Shown: positions 1 through 13,504 of the stretch, piece by piece
Position numbering within the stretch: position 1 is the stretch's first letter
Layout: each line of letters starts with the position of its first letter
Source: Lama guanicoe
Lineage: Eukaryota
DNA: 63,986 nucleotides
Assembly (NCBI GenBank): GCA_013239625.1
Contig: MU053557.1
Coordinates: 2,014,123-2,078,108 of the forward strand
Direction of reading: 5' to 3'
Position numbers and translations under genes: made by a program
Notes under the pieces: generated by a model
Told to the model about the DNA's origin: nothing
The model's database searches: none
Seen by the model: only the letters and a program-made list of their open reading frames with translations

Positions 1-45
1 GTAAAATGATTATAAATAAAAAAAAAAAGTTTAAAAAAAAAAAAA
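1..45 (+). mobile_element. 3' terminus and poly(A) tail of a young L1, cut by the window edge
   Basis: gtaaaatgattataaataaa followed by A-tracts. Confidence 0.55.
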
Positions 46-954
46 GAACCCAATAGGCAGGGCAGATGGCAAATAGAATTCTCAGTTTCATCGAAAACAA
101 AGCAGGAAGTTAAAATGCAACCCCTCAAAGAAGCTTTCACAGGTAGTGTGATATTTGATACCAGCAAGCAGCTGATGGAAATTTTTATACAGATGCTGAA
201 ATTAGCTTTGCTAACACATACTCCTACAGTGAGCACCACCCAGCCTTGACTCTTGCAAAGCTGCCTGTGAAGACAAAATGAAGAGGGCAAACTGGTATCA
301 TTTTTGAAGACAGTAGGATGTTTTAGGAGTCACTGCATTCCTGCATCTATCCTCATTTTGTTGCCTCATGTCAACTCAAAACAGTTTGTTGTAGGGAAAA
401 ATCCTGAGCGGGTCATTTTTCGTTGTTACTTGTGACAGTCCTTCCCTAATTTGGTAGTAGAAATGAGGACATGTTGAGTCATTAGAATTTTCTCATTTCT
501 CAGGAAAGCACATTGACTCTTCTGCACACTGTATGCCTCTTTCTGCCTGTGGGGAAAGAGGGAGCTGCAGAGAGAGAGAACCTCTCAGAGGTGGATGAAG
601 TAACACTCACAGAATCCTAGGTGCAGATAGAGAACTATTTCAGGATTCTGTGGAATGAAAGGACTCGAATACCTAAAATACACAAAACAATCACGGTGAG
701 GTAATTCGTGGTTAAAAGAATTTTGTGGCTTTGATCTAAAAAAAACCAGTCTGGGCATCTAGTTGGCCACGTACTATAACCACAGTGGCTTTACCATTTT
801 CAGTCAAGTTGCTGTTGGAGACTTTCAAAAATTCATCGAGAAAGAAAAGCTGGCTAAGCCAGGTGCCAACCTAAAATGTCAATTTTTATCACTACTGTTT
901 AGACCAACTTATCTAAGAAAATTTCCCTTGTGTCAACACAGTTAATCAGCTCTA

Positions 955-1495
955 TATGTGAGGATGTTTTCAGTTGTAATTTTCAAAATCCCTTGCCAAA
1001 CTAACTTAAGGGAAAATAAAGAAGGGGAGGTGACTAGGGGATTGGCAGTTTCATGGAGATTTGAAGAGTGGATCTTAGGCATGGCAGGATCTGTGAGCTC
1101 ACAGTCATCTGAATTCTGTATCTCTCGTCTCTCAGCTCTGCCTGCTGCTGCTTCCTTCATTCTTAGAAACGTTCTTTCCAAGAGAAAGATACTGGCAGCC
1201 AAACTCTACAGCATTCTTAAGACTCTTAATCTTAGAGAAATTGAGGGCATACCCCATGACAGCTCTGCGAGATGCTAATTAGCTTACCTTGGGTCCTAAG
1301 CAAATCTCTAAGCAATTGCTGTGGATGGGATCTAAGGAATACTCTGATTGGGCAGAACTAGGTCATGTGGCCACCCCTGCAGCCAGACAGAAGGGCAGGG
1401 TCAGCCCACCTGCACCACAGGAACTGGGCAGAATTACTAGGGGATAAAGGAGAGGTGGTTCACAGAAGGAAAAGAGCCTGTGCAGACAAATGTCT
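955..1495 (-). mobile_element. Old MaLR LTR (MLT1J/K-like), degenerate
   Basis: MLT1-type motifs ctctgattgggcagaactaggtcatgtggccacccctg and ggagaggtggttcacagaaggaaa; boundaries approximate. Confidence 0.55.
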
Positions 1496-1699
1496 TGGTA
1501 AGAATACATTTAAATCCTGGCACATATTTAGGATTATTTAGGATTAACTGCCGTGCTTACGTATGGAAGTTAAAAGCAAAAGAGAACCAAAATTCAAAGT
1601 GCCTCCCAAAGCCTTCTTATTTCCCTGAACTGTCTGACTTTCTATCCAACCTTTTTGCCATCACACAGTTCAGTCTGTCAAAATCTTGCCCACACTTTT

Positions 1700-2130
1700 A
1701 AAAGTCCTGTTCAAATGCCACTTCTTTAGAAAATCTTCTCAGTTTGTCCCTGTCAGAGATTCTGTCTCCCTTTTCAGTTCCTGTGGCAAACCTCACCTGG
1801 CACTTACCTTGCTCTGCCTTCATTTGTGATATATGGATAGTTTTGCATTATGGACCCCCTTACCACCACCACCAGATTAAAACTCAGAAAATACTTCAAA
1901 AGGTTAAGAGGGCTAGAGAAGGAGGAAGAGACAAGGTCAGGACCCCTTTAGACGCCATATTTCCCCCATCATCACACTTATCTCCTTTACTGATGTGTAT
2001 TTCTTGTCTGTTTCTTCTCTGGGACTCAGTTCCTTGAAGACAATGACTATGTTGTTCAATTATTCCTTTTCATTATAGGTTGCACAAAATAAATACTGGA
2101 TGCATGGGTGGACGGATAAATGAATGATTT
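1700..2130 (+). mobile_element. L2 3'-end fragments
   Basis: gttcaaatgccacttctt...cttctc, ttccttgaagacaatgactatgt and a terminal aataaatactggatg...aatgaatga tail. Confidence 0.45.
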
Positions 2131-3279
2131 ACAGAGTTAGTTCTAGGCTGGTGTAAACCTTCCCCTTGTCCAATAAAAAAGAGTTCCAAAGAATGAAGGG
2201 ATTAAGATCAGCTGAGTAAGCAAGCAAAAACTTTATACTGGAAGGGATCACAACCACACTGAAAACAAATGGAACCCAAAAAAGAAAAAGAAAACAAACG
2301 AAACACAATACATTAAACTATTGCATGAGAGAATTCATTTCAATATAATGAAAAATTACTCTCCTGTCAGGCTGATTAAGTACCAAAACTCCTCCTACCA
2401 TCACTTGTAACTACTTTTCAAGTCCCCTGAACACAAAGAGCTGGATTAAATGATGTCAGGTGACCTTCGGCAACCCTCTCCCTCATCCCCAGCTCTTTGA
2501 TTCCTTGGAGTTTCCCTTAATTGTTTTGGGTTTTCTACTGCTGCGTCTCCATGTCATTACAAAGTCCAAAACCTGCAGTTCTAGTTAAGTTCTATTGACA
2601 ATAAGAACGAGAGGTAAGCAAGTTGTAAACACCTGCTCTGCTTCCATTTAGACCCTGGATCCTTAAGTGATCTGCTTTAAGGCTCCACATGGTACTCACA
2701 AAATATGCTCCAGTAGAAAGATATTGCCTTGTATGTACTGAGAATAATTTAAAAAGTGGCAATCTCATTTTTGAGGCTTCTGTGATTTCTAACAAGGCTG
2801 CTCAAAAAGCAAAAACTAAAAGAACCCTGTTTCAGCCAATTGCAGTTTTTCAGTTTTTCTCCAGAAATGGCCCTGCCATCAGCTGTCAGTGGTGTTTATT
2901 CTCAGGCTTTGTCTGGTTCTGTAGGTAACCAGCAAGTAAAGAGTGATGTGAGTCCATGCGTTTATCTGTGGCTATATTAGCCCGACAGGCAATGGTCAAT
3001 TGACTCACTGTGTTACAAATCATGGTAAAACCATTCTGAGCAATCATTTGGCTATCTAGAGCCATCACCATCTTGGACTAGGATGATGGCAGTCTTCTGT
3101 TAAACTATGAGAAGAGAAAGCAAGTTGAAATTCAATTGTCTTCATTTCAACAAACATTACCTTTTGCACAGAGAGCAATAGACTGGGCATGGTGGCGTTT
3201 TCAAAGTTGAAAAGAGAGGAGATACTCAATGTTTACATTAACTTCTCTAAGTGTCGTTCACACTTTCAACAAATATTTA

Positions 3280-3438
3280 TTTATCTGTTTATTGGAAGCG
3301 TGATTACACCATTTTATTTTATTTCTGTGGGGGAGGTAATTAGGCTAATTTATTTATTTAATGGAGGTACTGGGGATTGAACCCAGGACCTTGTGCATGC
3401 TAAACACTGCACTCTACCACTGAGCTACACTCTCCCCC
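3280..3438 (-). mobile_element. tRNA-Ala-derived camelid SINE (vic-1 type)
   Basis: Reverse strand has A box tagctcagtggtagag and B box ggttcaatccc. Perfect 14-bp TSD tcaacaaatattta at 3266-3279 and 3439-3452. Inserted in an L2 tail. Confidence 0.9.
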
Positions 3439-3614
3439 TCAACAAATATTTACTTATCAGCCTCCATATGCCAGATGTACTGCAAGGCCATGGAGGGAAT
3501 GCAGTGGAGAAAAATGTAGATGCAGTTTCCTGTCTTACACAGTGTGCGGTCTCATCAGAGAGATGTTAAGTAGTAAAACACACAAATAAATATAAAATAT
3601 TAAGGTGTGATTGA

Positions 3615-4196
3615 TAACTGAAGTATAGTTAATTTACAATATTGTGTTAGTTTATGGTGTACAGTAGAGTGATATATATATATATATATATATTCTTTTT
3701 CATCTTCTTTTCCATTATGGTTTAATTATAGGATATTGACTATAGTTCCCTAGACTATACAGTAGGTCCCTGTTGTTTATTCTGTATTTAGTAATTTGTG
3801 TCTGCTAATCCCAAGCTACTAATTTATCCCTTCCCAATCCCCTCTCCCCTTTGGTAATGATAAGTTTGTTTTCTATGTCTGAGTCTATTTCTGTTTTGTA
3901 AATAAGTTCATTTGTGTCTTTTTTTCAGATTTCACATATAACTGATATCATATGGAATTTGTCTTTCTCTGACTTACTTCACTTAGTGTGATAATCTCTA
4001 GGTCTATGCATGTTGCTGCAAATGGCATTATTTTATTATTTTTATGGCTGAGTAGTATTCCATTGTATAAATATACCACATCTTCTTTATCCAGTCATCT
4101 GTTGATGAAAATTTAGGTTGCTTCCATATCTTGGCTATTGTATATAGTGCTGCTGTGAATATTTGGGTGCATATATCTTTTAGAATTAGAGTTTTT
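3615..4196 (-). mobile_element. 5'-truncated L1 (3' UTR and end of ORF2)
   Basis: Typical antisense L1 3' motifs: gaagtatagttaatttacaat, gacttacttcacttag, tttatggctgagtagtattccattg; internal (TA)n. Confidence 0.9.
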
Positions 4197-4253
4197 GAGG
4201 AGGGATATTTTAGACAATAGTTGATGAGGGAGACATACTAAAAATCAGGATCA

Positions 4254-4613
4254 TTACCATATGATATCACTCATATGTGGCATCTAAAAAAAAAAAGACA
4301 AATGAACTTATGTATAAAACAGAAACAGACTCACAGACATAGAATACAGACTTGTTGTTGCTAGAGGGGAGGGAGGTGGGAAGGGATAAACTGGGAGTTC
4401 GAGATTTGCAGATACTGTCTGGCATATATAAAATAGATAAACAAGTTTATACTGTATAGCACAGGGAAATACGTTCAATATCTTGTAGTAGCTCATGGTG
4501 AAAAAGAATATAAAAATAAATGTACGTATATTCATGTATGACTGAAGAATTGTGCTGTATATCAGAAATTGATACAATGTTATAAACTGACTATACCTCA
4601 ATTAAAAAAAAAA
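4254..4613 (+). mobile_element. 5'-truncated young L1 3' end
   Basis: Ends gactatacctcaattaaaaaaaaaa. TSD aaaaat(c/g)aggatca at 4240-4253 and 4609-4622. Confidence 0.92.
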
Positions 4614-4622
4614 TGAGGATCA

Positions 4623-5090
4623 GGGATGAGAAAAAGGTACTTCCTGAGGGAAGGTAAGTTGGGATGACCTAACTTAAGAGTTGGGCAGGAGTATCTGAGC
4701 AAGGGAGTAGCTTGTGCAAAGGTCCTGCAGAGGGGAGAGTGATTATCAGAGGATGTGTGCTCAGGTGTAAAGGAGGGGAGAGGAGTCACAGGGGAAGGAG
4801 AGGGAAGCAGGGGCCCAGTCAGATTTTAAGGACAATGGGAAGCCACTGAGAAATTTTAGATGGGAAGGATATGATCTAATTTACATTTTCTAAGGCTCAT
4901 CTGGCTGCACTGGTGAGAAGGACTGGGTGAGGGCAAAGAGGAAGTGGGGGAGACAGTGAGGAGAGTATGGCAAAGAGAGATGACGGTAGCAGTGGAGACA
5001 GAGAAGTGACATAAACAAGACCTATTTTTGGAGACTCGATTTTAGAGTGGAATCAATAACACCTAAATCTTGGAGTTGTGAGAAAAAAGG
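4623..5090 (-). mobile_element. L2 fragment, continuing an L2 interrupted by the SINE and two L1s upstream
   Basis: gcaaaggtcctg, ggacaatgggaagccactga and atgatctaatttacattttctaaggctcatctggctgc are typical antisense L2 motifs. Confidence 0.65.
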
Positions 5091-5318
5091 AAGACAACTT
5101 ACGTAGTGGTTTATAACAATGCTTGAACATTGTACTTGCTCGATACATGTTAGCTATTGTCTTCATAATTTTCAGACCAGTTTTCAGAATGATTTGAAGA
5201 AAAACTCTTGTGTTGAAAACCTTCTGGAAAGGGTTTCTAGTTCACAAGAATTAAAATACACATTCCATATCCAGCACGGTACCAAATGCTGGGGGGAGCA
5301 CAAGAGAAACATGAGATA

Positions 5319-5806
5319 CAGTATATATTATATACCTACCACATCTTTACATTCATCACCTATTGATGGGCACTTAGGTTGTTTCCATATGTTGACTATC
5401 GTAAATAATTCCATGATGAACATGGGGGTGCAGGTATCTTTTCAGATTACTGATTTTGTATTCTTTGGATAAATACCCAGAAGTAAATAGCTGGATTATC
5501 TGGTAGTTCCGTTCTTAATTTTTTGAGGAATCTCCATACTGTCTTCCACAGTGGCTGCACCAATTTACATTCCCACCAATAGTGCAAGAGGGATCCCTAT
5601 TCTCTGCTTCCTCGCCAACACTTGTAATTTGTTGACTTTTTGATAATAACTATTCTGACAAGTTTGAGTTGATATCTCATTGTGCTTTTACTTTGCATTT
5701 CTCAGATGACTAGTGATGCTGAGCATCTTTTCACACGCCTGGTGGCCATCTGTATGTCTTCTTTGGAAAAAATGTCTATTCAGCAACTCTGCCCATTTTT
5801 AATCAG
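5319..5806 (-). mobile_element. L1 ORF2 3'-region fragment
   Basis: gatgggcacttaggttgtttccat, gtggctgcaccaatttacattcccaccaa, gagcatcttttca. Confidence 0.88.
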
Positions 5807-6559
5807 GCGGCCACATCAGTACTCTTGACCACTATTCTATAGCTGCTTTCCTTCCTACTAGGGGGTTGACTGGGCCCCATCTTACCCTAGTAAACAAAAT
5901 GATGGTCAGTATAAGGACAATATTCTTTCAGTTTCCCCAACCCCCTGGGAATTTGAAGCTTTGAGAATTTTTGTAAAGAGGAAAGTGAACTTTATAGACT
6001 TAGTGGATATCAAATGTTCTAATAATTAATGAACAGGTAATTTTCACTGACATGGTTAGAAATGCAATTTGATCTTCACATTATTCTCAAAGCATTTGCA
6101 AAGAAGGGTGTGGGGGAATCAATCTCTTTATGACACTTTGAATCATTGTTGAGTCATACGGAATATTAATGGGAACCTAGTTCCAAGAACTTCCAAACCC
6201 AAATAGTCTCTAGTTTTGAGGTTTTCTTTGCATTGGGCTGGTGCTCCTTAGACCAAGGCCCTGCTTCCTCTTGCAAGAACTTACAAATCCAGCTGAAAAC
6301 AACCTATGAATGTTACTTGCATGGCTGTGTCTGGACTTGAGAACTCTGCAAGAAGCCATGTTTGTTCCCTCTACAAACTGAGCCCTTGGGCTTGGAAACT
6401 TTTCCTAGCAGTCAAAAGCTGACAAGCAGGCTTTATTGGTTTGTAAGTAAATGAAGCAACAAGACAATAAACAGCAGTCTGCCTCTCTCCTTCCCTCTGG
6501 ATCCCAGCATCAGAGCTGACTGTTCTGGTCACAGGAGCTGGATGAGGGAGGCCCCTATG

Positions 6560-7270
6560 TGTGTCACTTCACCTTCACAGTCACTGTACAAGGTAGGGAT
6601 TATTATTTCCACTTGACTGATATGGAAAGTGGAGATTAGAACAGGAAGGTTATTTTTCCAAAATCTCCTAGCTGGCAAAAGGCTCTGAAGGCTGTGTTTA
6701 TTTCTCAATACTGTGCTGTTTTCTAGGATAGGGGAGGCAAGCATCCAGGCTTGAATGAATGATCAGGATGTCTACTGTGGCCAGCCATGTGCTGGGTGTT
6801 ATGATGGGTGCTGAAGAAGGAAATGACATGGTCTTAGCTGACCCCAGCAGTGTTGGATAAACAAGGCTATCAATCTGGAATGGCCAGACTACGATCAATC
6901 CCCAGAGTAAAGACACAAGATGACACGTGAGGCTTGAAATAGCCAAGGAGTAAAAATAATAATAATGGCTAACAGTTCTGAGAATTTAACAAGTTCTGAG
7001 CACTGTATATCAGCTAACTCAGTTAGTCCCACAACAACTGTATGAGGCTGTACTGTTATCATCTTCAGTTTATAGAGGAGACTGAGCCAGGGTTACCCAG
7101 CTGGAAGTGCGGCAGCAGAGATATGAACCTACTTTCTCTCATCAAAGAATATACTTCTTGGGATTTAGAGCCAGAGAGACTTTGTTTGAAACCTTACTAC
7201 ACCACTCATCTAATGACCTTGAGTATGTTATTTAACTTAGCTTGCATTAATTCATCTGGAAAATAAATAA
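6560..7270. mobile_element. Cluster of MIR fragments
   Basis: MIR core-like motifs such as cagtttatagaggagactgag and gtatgttatttaacttag. Confidence 0.5.
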
Positions 7271-7934
7271 ATAAAACTAACATACCAAAAGGGGAAGGAG
7301 GGGAGAAAGGAAAGAAGGAAGGGAGGGGTCATGCTCTTAACTCTGGTAGGTAGAGAGAACAGGAAATACTGCAGCATCCCATTGGAAAAGCAAAGGATCC
7401 GTTTCTACTTTTCAGGAGAAATTGGTTTGTTGCCTTCTGAGGGAGTGACTGCAGAAGTGAAGGCATTAGAGGGATGTGGGTCTCCAACACTAACCACCAG
7501 TCCTACCCACCCAGAATGCTTCACCTGCTCCATATAGTTCAGGCCGCAGGGTACCATTCACACGGTAATCCTCAGTGACTGCCCAAAGCCATAGAAGGGA
7601 CAGTGGACTGGACATGAAGGCTCCTCCCAACCTGAGCACTGCCTCAACGTGTGAGTGTCACAGCAAGCACAAGTATCTGCTGGGCCACATCACCCTAGAG
7701 GCAGGCATCTGCTCTGCCACTGCTCCTACGTCCTTTGCACCCTTCCAGGAGATCCAGAGTTTACACAGATGATCTTTCTCTCTAATGGTCTGGCACCATG
7801 GCAAGTCACTTGGCCTGGCTGGTTGAGGGATTTTGCAGGTAACTGGGGTCCGAGTGGAGCTCGGGCTGGCAATGTACACTACCCTGATCTCAGCTGGAGC
7901 GCCATGGTGGGGGTGGGACTTTGTCTTGTTTGCC

Positions 7935-8400
7935 ACTTTATTCACAGTGGAAAGCACAGAGCTAGGCATGAGGGACACAAGAGGAACCAAGATGGAAACC
8001 TCGCCTTTAAGGAACTCATGGTTTACTGCAGTAAGACAGGCATGTGGGCATGCAGTATAATAAAAAGCTGTGGTTGGGGAAGCAAAGGGTCTCCTGGAGA
8101 GATACCCGATCTGTCCTTGGGAGCCAGAAACGGCTTTCTGCAGTAAATGGCATCTCAACTGGGACTTGAAAGGTGGGTAAGAGCTAGGTGGTTAAAGGAT
8201 ATGATAAAGAGGGTCCTGAGCAGAGGAACAGCATGGGGAAAGGTCCTGGGACAAGAGAGAACTAGGAACATCAGAAGAAGAGAGAGGAACAATGAAGGTG
8301 GAGAAGTTGACATATTAAGGAATCAAAACTCTATCTTTGGGGCACTGGCAAGACTGCTGAAGAGTCTGAGCAAAAAAAAGTGATATGATCATTTAGGAAC
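7935..8400 (-). mobile_element. L2 fragment
   Basis: aaggaactcatggtttact, agaggaacagcatggggaaaggtcctgg, gtgatatgatc. Confidence 0.55.
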
Positions 8401-9589
8401 TGGGCATTTGCAACATTATCTTCCAAACCACCCAATAAGACAGTGGATCTGAAGGGAGTTGCACTTCTCTCCATTGTAAGTGTTTTGAGCCTCTTTCACT
8501 TCTTCAGACTTTTCATCATGCATGTGATAGTTGTCGACTTGTCCCAAAATAGATTCATCCTTTTAAGAGAGATGAGTAGCTGAAATCTCTATTGCTCCGT
8601 TTTGGAAGAAAGAGATACTGCTTTTATTATGTCATAAAAAGTACTGCAGTTGTATTTTAAGAGAGCGGAGGAGAGGAGAGGAAAGGAGAAGTTAAGAGAG
8701 AATGGAGAAATAAGAGAGAACAGTTTCCAAACAAATACAAATTTGTTCCTAAAAGACTTGCAATCAATTAGGAAACCCTAGGTCTACAATGTATTGGATT
8801 GGTGTCAGCAGGAAGCAGCCCATTAGAAAAACATGATCTTGAACTGAAGGCGGTGGGACCCTCAGCTTTGCTCATGCTTCTGAACCTTTTCTGGCCCACC
8901 TGGGTTTTCAGGACCTAGAGCGAAGCACTACAGCCAAGCTGCGCCCAGGACCTTGGAAGACGCCAGCTCCTCCAGGCAGCGTCCCACACCCATGTTCTGC
9001 CAGTTTTTTTTGCAGGGAGCACATCTGGGCCCAGGCAGCTGGGCTGGAGCCTGGGCTTGTTTTTCACGGCTCATTTGCAATGTCCTCATTCTATTCCTGA
9101 ACACTCCGTCCTTCCCAAGTGACACTGGAGCTCAGTTTCCCAATAGCCACTTTAACGCGATGGCTCTGAAAACCTTGCTCAACATCGGTCCTTGGAACTA
9201 GTATTTTCCAACACTTGTTCTAAGAAGGATGGCTGAACGTGGCACACCCCTGACTCCCGTCTTGCTGTCTGAAAGGGGCAGCTGCAGGCAGCACAGAAAG
9301 CCGCCTCTTGCAGTCACAAGGTGACTCACAGCAAGCTGGGTGTGAGGACACCCCCAACCCCCAACACCCTTGCACCAATTCCGGGTAGGCAGGTCAGCTA
9401 GTCCCAGCCCCCACCCCTGCTGCCTGCACTGTTTGGCTTGACAAAGCCCCCACTGGTCCCCACCTGCCCAGAGGGAGAGATGAGTAAAACCATTAATCCG
9501 ATGGTTCACAGTCAACCCTGCTGGACTCTAACCGAGCAATAAACTTGAATTGAGTTCAGGCTTTACGCAGGGACACTGGATCCTCAGCA

Positions 9590-10285
9590 GAGAGTCCAAG
9601 GAAGCAGAAGACGTTGTGTCCTCACACCTGGCTCTGCCATTTACAAGCTGCGGGGCTGTAGATGAACCCCTGCTCTGTGCCTCACGTCCTTTATCTGAAG
9701 GTTGGGCCAATAGGACTTACCCTACGGACTGTTGTGAGGCTTAGATGAGACACTGCATTAATTAGGACATAGTACTAACTGACTGGTAAATGTAACTTGC
9801 AGTAGGCACTCAGTAAGGAATGAACGGTGTTGACGTTTTTGAAAAGTCTGACATTGCAGTGAATTGCAGATACAAATACTTAACCAGGCAGCTTGAGTAA
9901 GGCAGTGGCAGGTCACATGCACACCAGTAAAGATCCTTCCTTTATGTGTGATGGATTTTTAGTAAATTTATGGAATTAATTGACCTAGAATATTAAGCAA
10001 CTATAACAGAGAAGCCACTCCCATAACACTGCATGGAGAGGGATCATTAATAAGTGTAGCATGCTGCCGAGGAAAGAGGCTGGGCTTTATCCTCATACTG
10101 CACCACTTACTTATCAGCTGTGTGACCTAAGGCAGGTTACTCCTCCTCTCTGAGCTTCAAATCTCTTTGCCTATAAAATAACAGTAATACCTGCCTCATA
10201 GGCTCTTTGTAAAGATTGAATGAAATATTACATTTAAATGTATTTTAGCCCCTTCCTGATCCACAGCAAACACTCAGTGATAAGT
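9590..10285 (+). mobile_element. Two MIR copies (about 9590-9830 and 10050-10285)
   Basis: ggctctgccatttacaagctg...ctctgtgcctc and agctgtgtgacctaaggcaggttactcctcctctctgagcttc. Confidence 0.65.
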
Positions 10286-12249
10286 AATGACTTTCATCTG
10301 CTATTTTACAGACTAATGGAGTTCAGAAGGGAAAACAAAAAGGGATTTTCAATTGAAACACACTTGCTTAAAGACTAAATAAAATCACTAACTGCTTAGA
10401 AACCATCTGGCTGTAGTTTCCCTCCCCAAATTGAGAGAAAGGATGCCTCGTTCACGCCTGTCTGTTACGTTGACTAGTCTTGTTCCAACTGGAAAAGGCA
10501 AAGAGAAGGGAAAGATATTAGTCACTGACTGATAACATATCTGAGTGGGATAGAGCCTTAGATCAAATGGACCAGAAGTGATTTAGCCACTGCAACCCAG
10601 TTAGTCAAGCACGCCTAAAACATGAAAGAGAATCTCACATGCCTAAGCCATCTCGTTGACAGCTAGGCTCTCTAGCCAGTTCTCCTGATGGTTTTCTAAG
10701 TTAAGGTCATTTGAAACCATCTGGAGCCAACCCATTGTGTGATCCTGGGTAAGTCCTGCCATCTCAATCCATGCTTTGTAATAGAGCATGTTGGAACAGA
10801 AAGTCGCTCTGAGACTCACTCACCCACTCACCTCTTTCCACAGTCTGGCTCATACCGCTTTGTCTGTGCACACACTAGGCAAAGCATGAACTTGTTACAG
10901 TGAGGTGCATTCATGCCATAATACCAGAACATGACTGAGGTCAACCCACACCCTCATTTCATTTACAGATGAGAAAACTGAGGCTTGGTGAAGGTTGCCT
11001 GGACAGATAGAGGCAAGCAATGGGTGAGTGGGGGCGAGAACCCAAGTCTTCTTTTATTACACAAGAAAGAAAAAAAGTTTTATTATTGGAGAAACATTAA
11101 ACCATGCCTACCACTGGTAATGGCAAGATTAAATGGCAAATCAAAAAGAAATCTCATCCTTTTATATGTACATGTTAATTATCCTTACCAAAGGAGGAAA
11201 TAAAGCTTCTCATATCTTTTCAACAAGCAGGAAGTTACATCTTGGAGTCTAGCACCTGGGCTAGAACAGGTAGATAAGAAGTTATGCTCCTTGAGGCAGA
11301 ACCCATGTCTCCAATCACTAGCCCAGAGCTCTTTGTCTTAGGTCAGGCGACCTCCTGCACATACCATAGCAAAAGAAAAGGCCAGGTGGCTAGTGGGTGC
11401 CCATCACCTATACTTTGTTCTGACATATATGTTTATTCTTCCTCCACAGACTCAGAGAAAGGGACTAAGAGACTGAACACCAACTAAATACTATAGATGC
11501 CTTGCTTGCATTAAATTCTCATCACACCCCTGCAAGAATAAAAGATAACATTTATTGACTAAGGATAGCCAGGCCCTGTTCTAGGGGCTTTTGCATGTAT
11601 CTGTACACAGTATCCAGCGAAGGAGGTACCTGGGGGGTTGAATCCAACCTCTGCTCACCAAGCCCTGAAACAGGGCCACATCAGCTGCTTGGTAGGAGTG
11701 TCCCTTTGTGTAACTCATCTGCCCAACTACACACAAAGTCATGCATGTGATCTTGACAGCATCCCCATATGGCTGGTCCCATTAGCATTCGCCTGCTGAG
11801 ATTCACAGCTAGTTAATGGTCGAGGCAGGATTTGAACCCAGGTTCTCTGACCCTTATCTCATATATGGCCTTCCTGAGAGGCAGACTGAGATAGGGGCTC
11901 TAAAGTTACAGACACGTTGAAAACAGAACTGAGTGCTTTGATCACTGACGCAGCCCCGGGGTCTAGAACTGTCAGCACACACAGGCACTCAGTGAATCTT
12001 GTGCACTGACTGACCCCCCCCTTTACAGAATGAGGAAGCTGAGTGACAAAGAGGCTAAATGTCTTGCTTAAGGTCACAAAGAGAGTAGGAGATATTGTTG
12101 GGCTTTGAATGCAAATCACTAACTCTAAAGCCCTTGTTCTTTTCACAGTAACATTCTGTCATTCTTAGACATTTGTGGAGTTCATTGATCCCTAATTATG
12201 TGCTCAGAAATATGGGGCTACAAATCTTAATAAGAGTTAGTTCTGCTCA

Positions 12250-12415
12250 GAGATAAAAAAAGAATAACATAATGCTATTTGCAGCAACATGGATGGACCT
12301 AGAGATTGTCATTCTAAGTAAAGCAAGCCAGAAAGAGAAAGAAAAATACCGTATGATATCATGCATATGTGGAAGAAAGAAAGGAAAGAAAGAAGGAAGG
12401 AAGGAAGGAAGAAAA

Positions 12416-12459
<44 letters not shown>

Positions 12460-12863
12460 AAAGAAAAGAAAAGAAAAGAAAAGAAAAGAAAAGAGAAAAG
12501 AAAAGAAAAGAAAAGAAAAGAAAAAAAAGGAAGAGGACACTAATGAGCTCATCTACAAAACAGAAACAGACTTGCAGACATAGTAAACAATCTCATGGTT
12601 ACCGGAGGAAAGGGACTGGGAAGGGATAAATTTGGGAGTTTGAGATTTGCAAATTTTAACCACTATATATAAAAATAGATTTATTTTTTATTCTCTATAG
12701 CACAGGGAACTATATTCAATATCTTATAATAACCTTTAATGAAAAAGAATATGAAAATGAATACATATATATATATACACACACACACATACATGACTGG
12801 GATATTGTGCTGTACACCAGAAACTGACAGGTTGTAACTGACTATACTCAATTAAAAAAAAAA
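12250..12863 (+). mobile_element. 5'-truncated young L1 3' end with an internal microsatellite expansion
   Basis: gcagcaacatggatggacctagagat...gactatactcaattaaaaaaaaaaa. TSD agttagttc at 12235-12243 and 12864-12872. Confidence 0.92.
12372..12530 (+). repeat. Compound purine microsatellite (GAAG)n(GAAA)n(GAAAA)n
   Basis: Directly visible; replaces the short A-tract found at the same position in sibling L1 copies (e.g. about 4286-4296). Confidence 0.97.
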
Positions 12864-13215
12864 AGTTAGTTCCTACTCTCAAGAAACTTGGATTCCAAAT
12901 GCCTGCCAGAATCCATATTCTTGCAATCATATTCCCTGATTTTCTCAATCAAAGCAAGTCCAAATGGTATAAGCCAAAAGGTATAAAATAAGTACATTTT
13001 AAGGCAAGAGTGTCTGTCCTCTCTTCCAAAACTAGGATTATAAAAGTGGCCCACCAGGGTCCATGGGCCTGGTCTATTTCCTTCTATACACCACTGGCTG
13101 GTGTGCTCATAGACTACTGTTGCAGGGAGAATGAGTTAAATCTGTGCGAACTTGGGAGCGCCAAATCCCCATTCTAGCTTCTCTCGATTCCTTTGAAGTG
13201 ATATCCACAGGTGAG

Positions 13216-13504
13216 TTGTGTTTTTTTTTCTTATTTATTTTGGTAGTGGGCCCAAAGTAATAGTGAAATATGATTTTTTTAAAAAGACTACATTTTTAAG
13301 AATAAAGTTCATTTTTAAAAATAAAAGAATAAAGCAAAATTGAGAGAAGGTACAGAAATTTCCCATATATCCTCTACCTCCACACATGTGTCAACTTTCC
13401 CACTATTAACGTCCCTCAACAGAGTGGTACATTTGTTACAAGTGTTGAATCTACACTGACACACCTTCATCATCCAAAGTCCATACTTTGCATTATGGTT
13501 ACAT
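13216..13504 (-). mobile_element. Old L1 (L1MC-like) 3' UTR fragment
   Basis: cagagtggtacatttgttaca...catccaaagtccata; flanked by the direct repeat cacaggtgag (13206-13215, 13505-13514). Confidence 0.75.

Noticed and set aside
7655..8158. Overlapping 163-aa and 166-aa ORFs on opposite strands
   Set aside because: Non-ATG starts, no recognisable domain, and partial overlap with a decayed L2; consistent with chance.
12247..12629. Lys/Glu/Arg-rich and Phe/Ser-rich ORFs
   Set aside because: They are translations of the (GAAA)n/(GAAAA)n microsatellite inside an L1 3' end.
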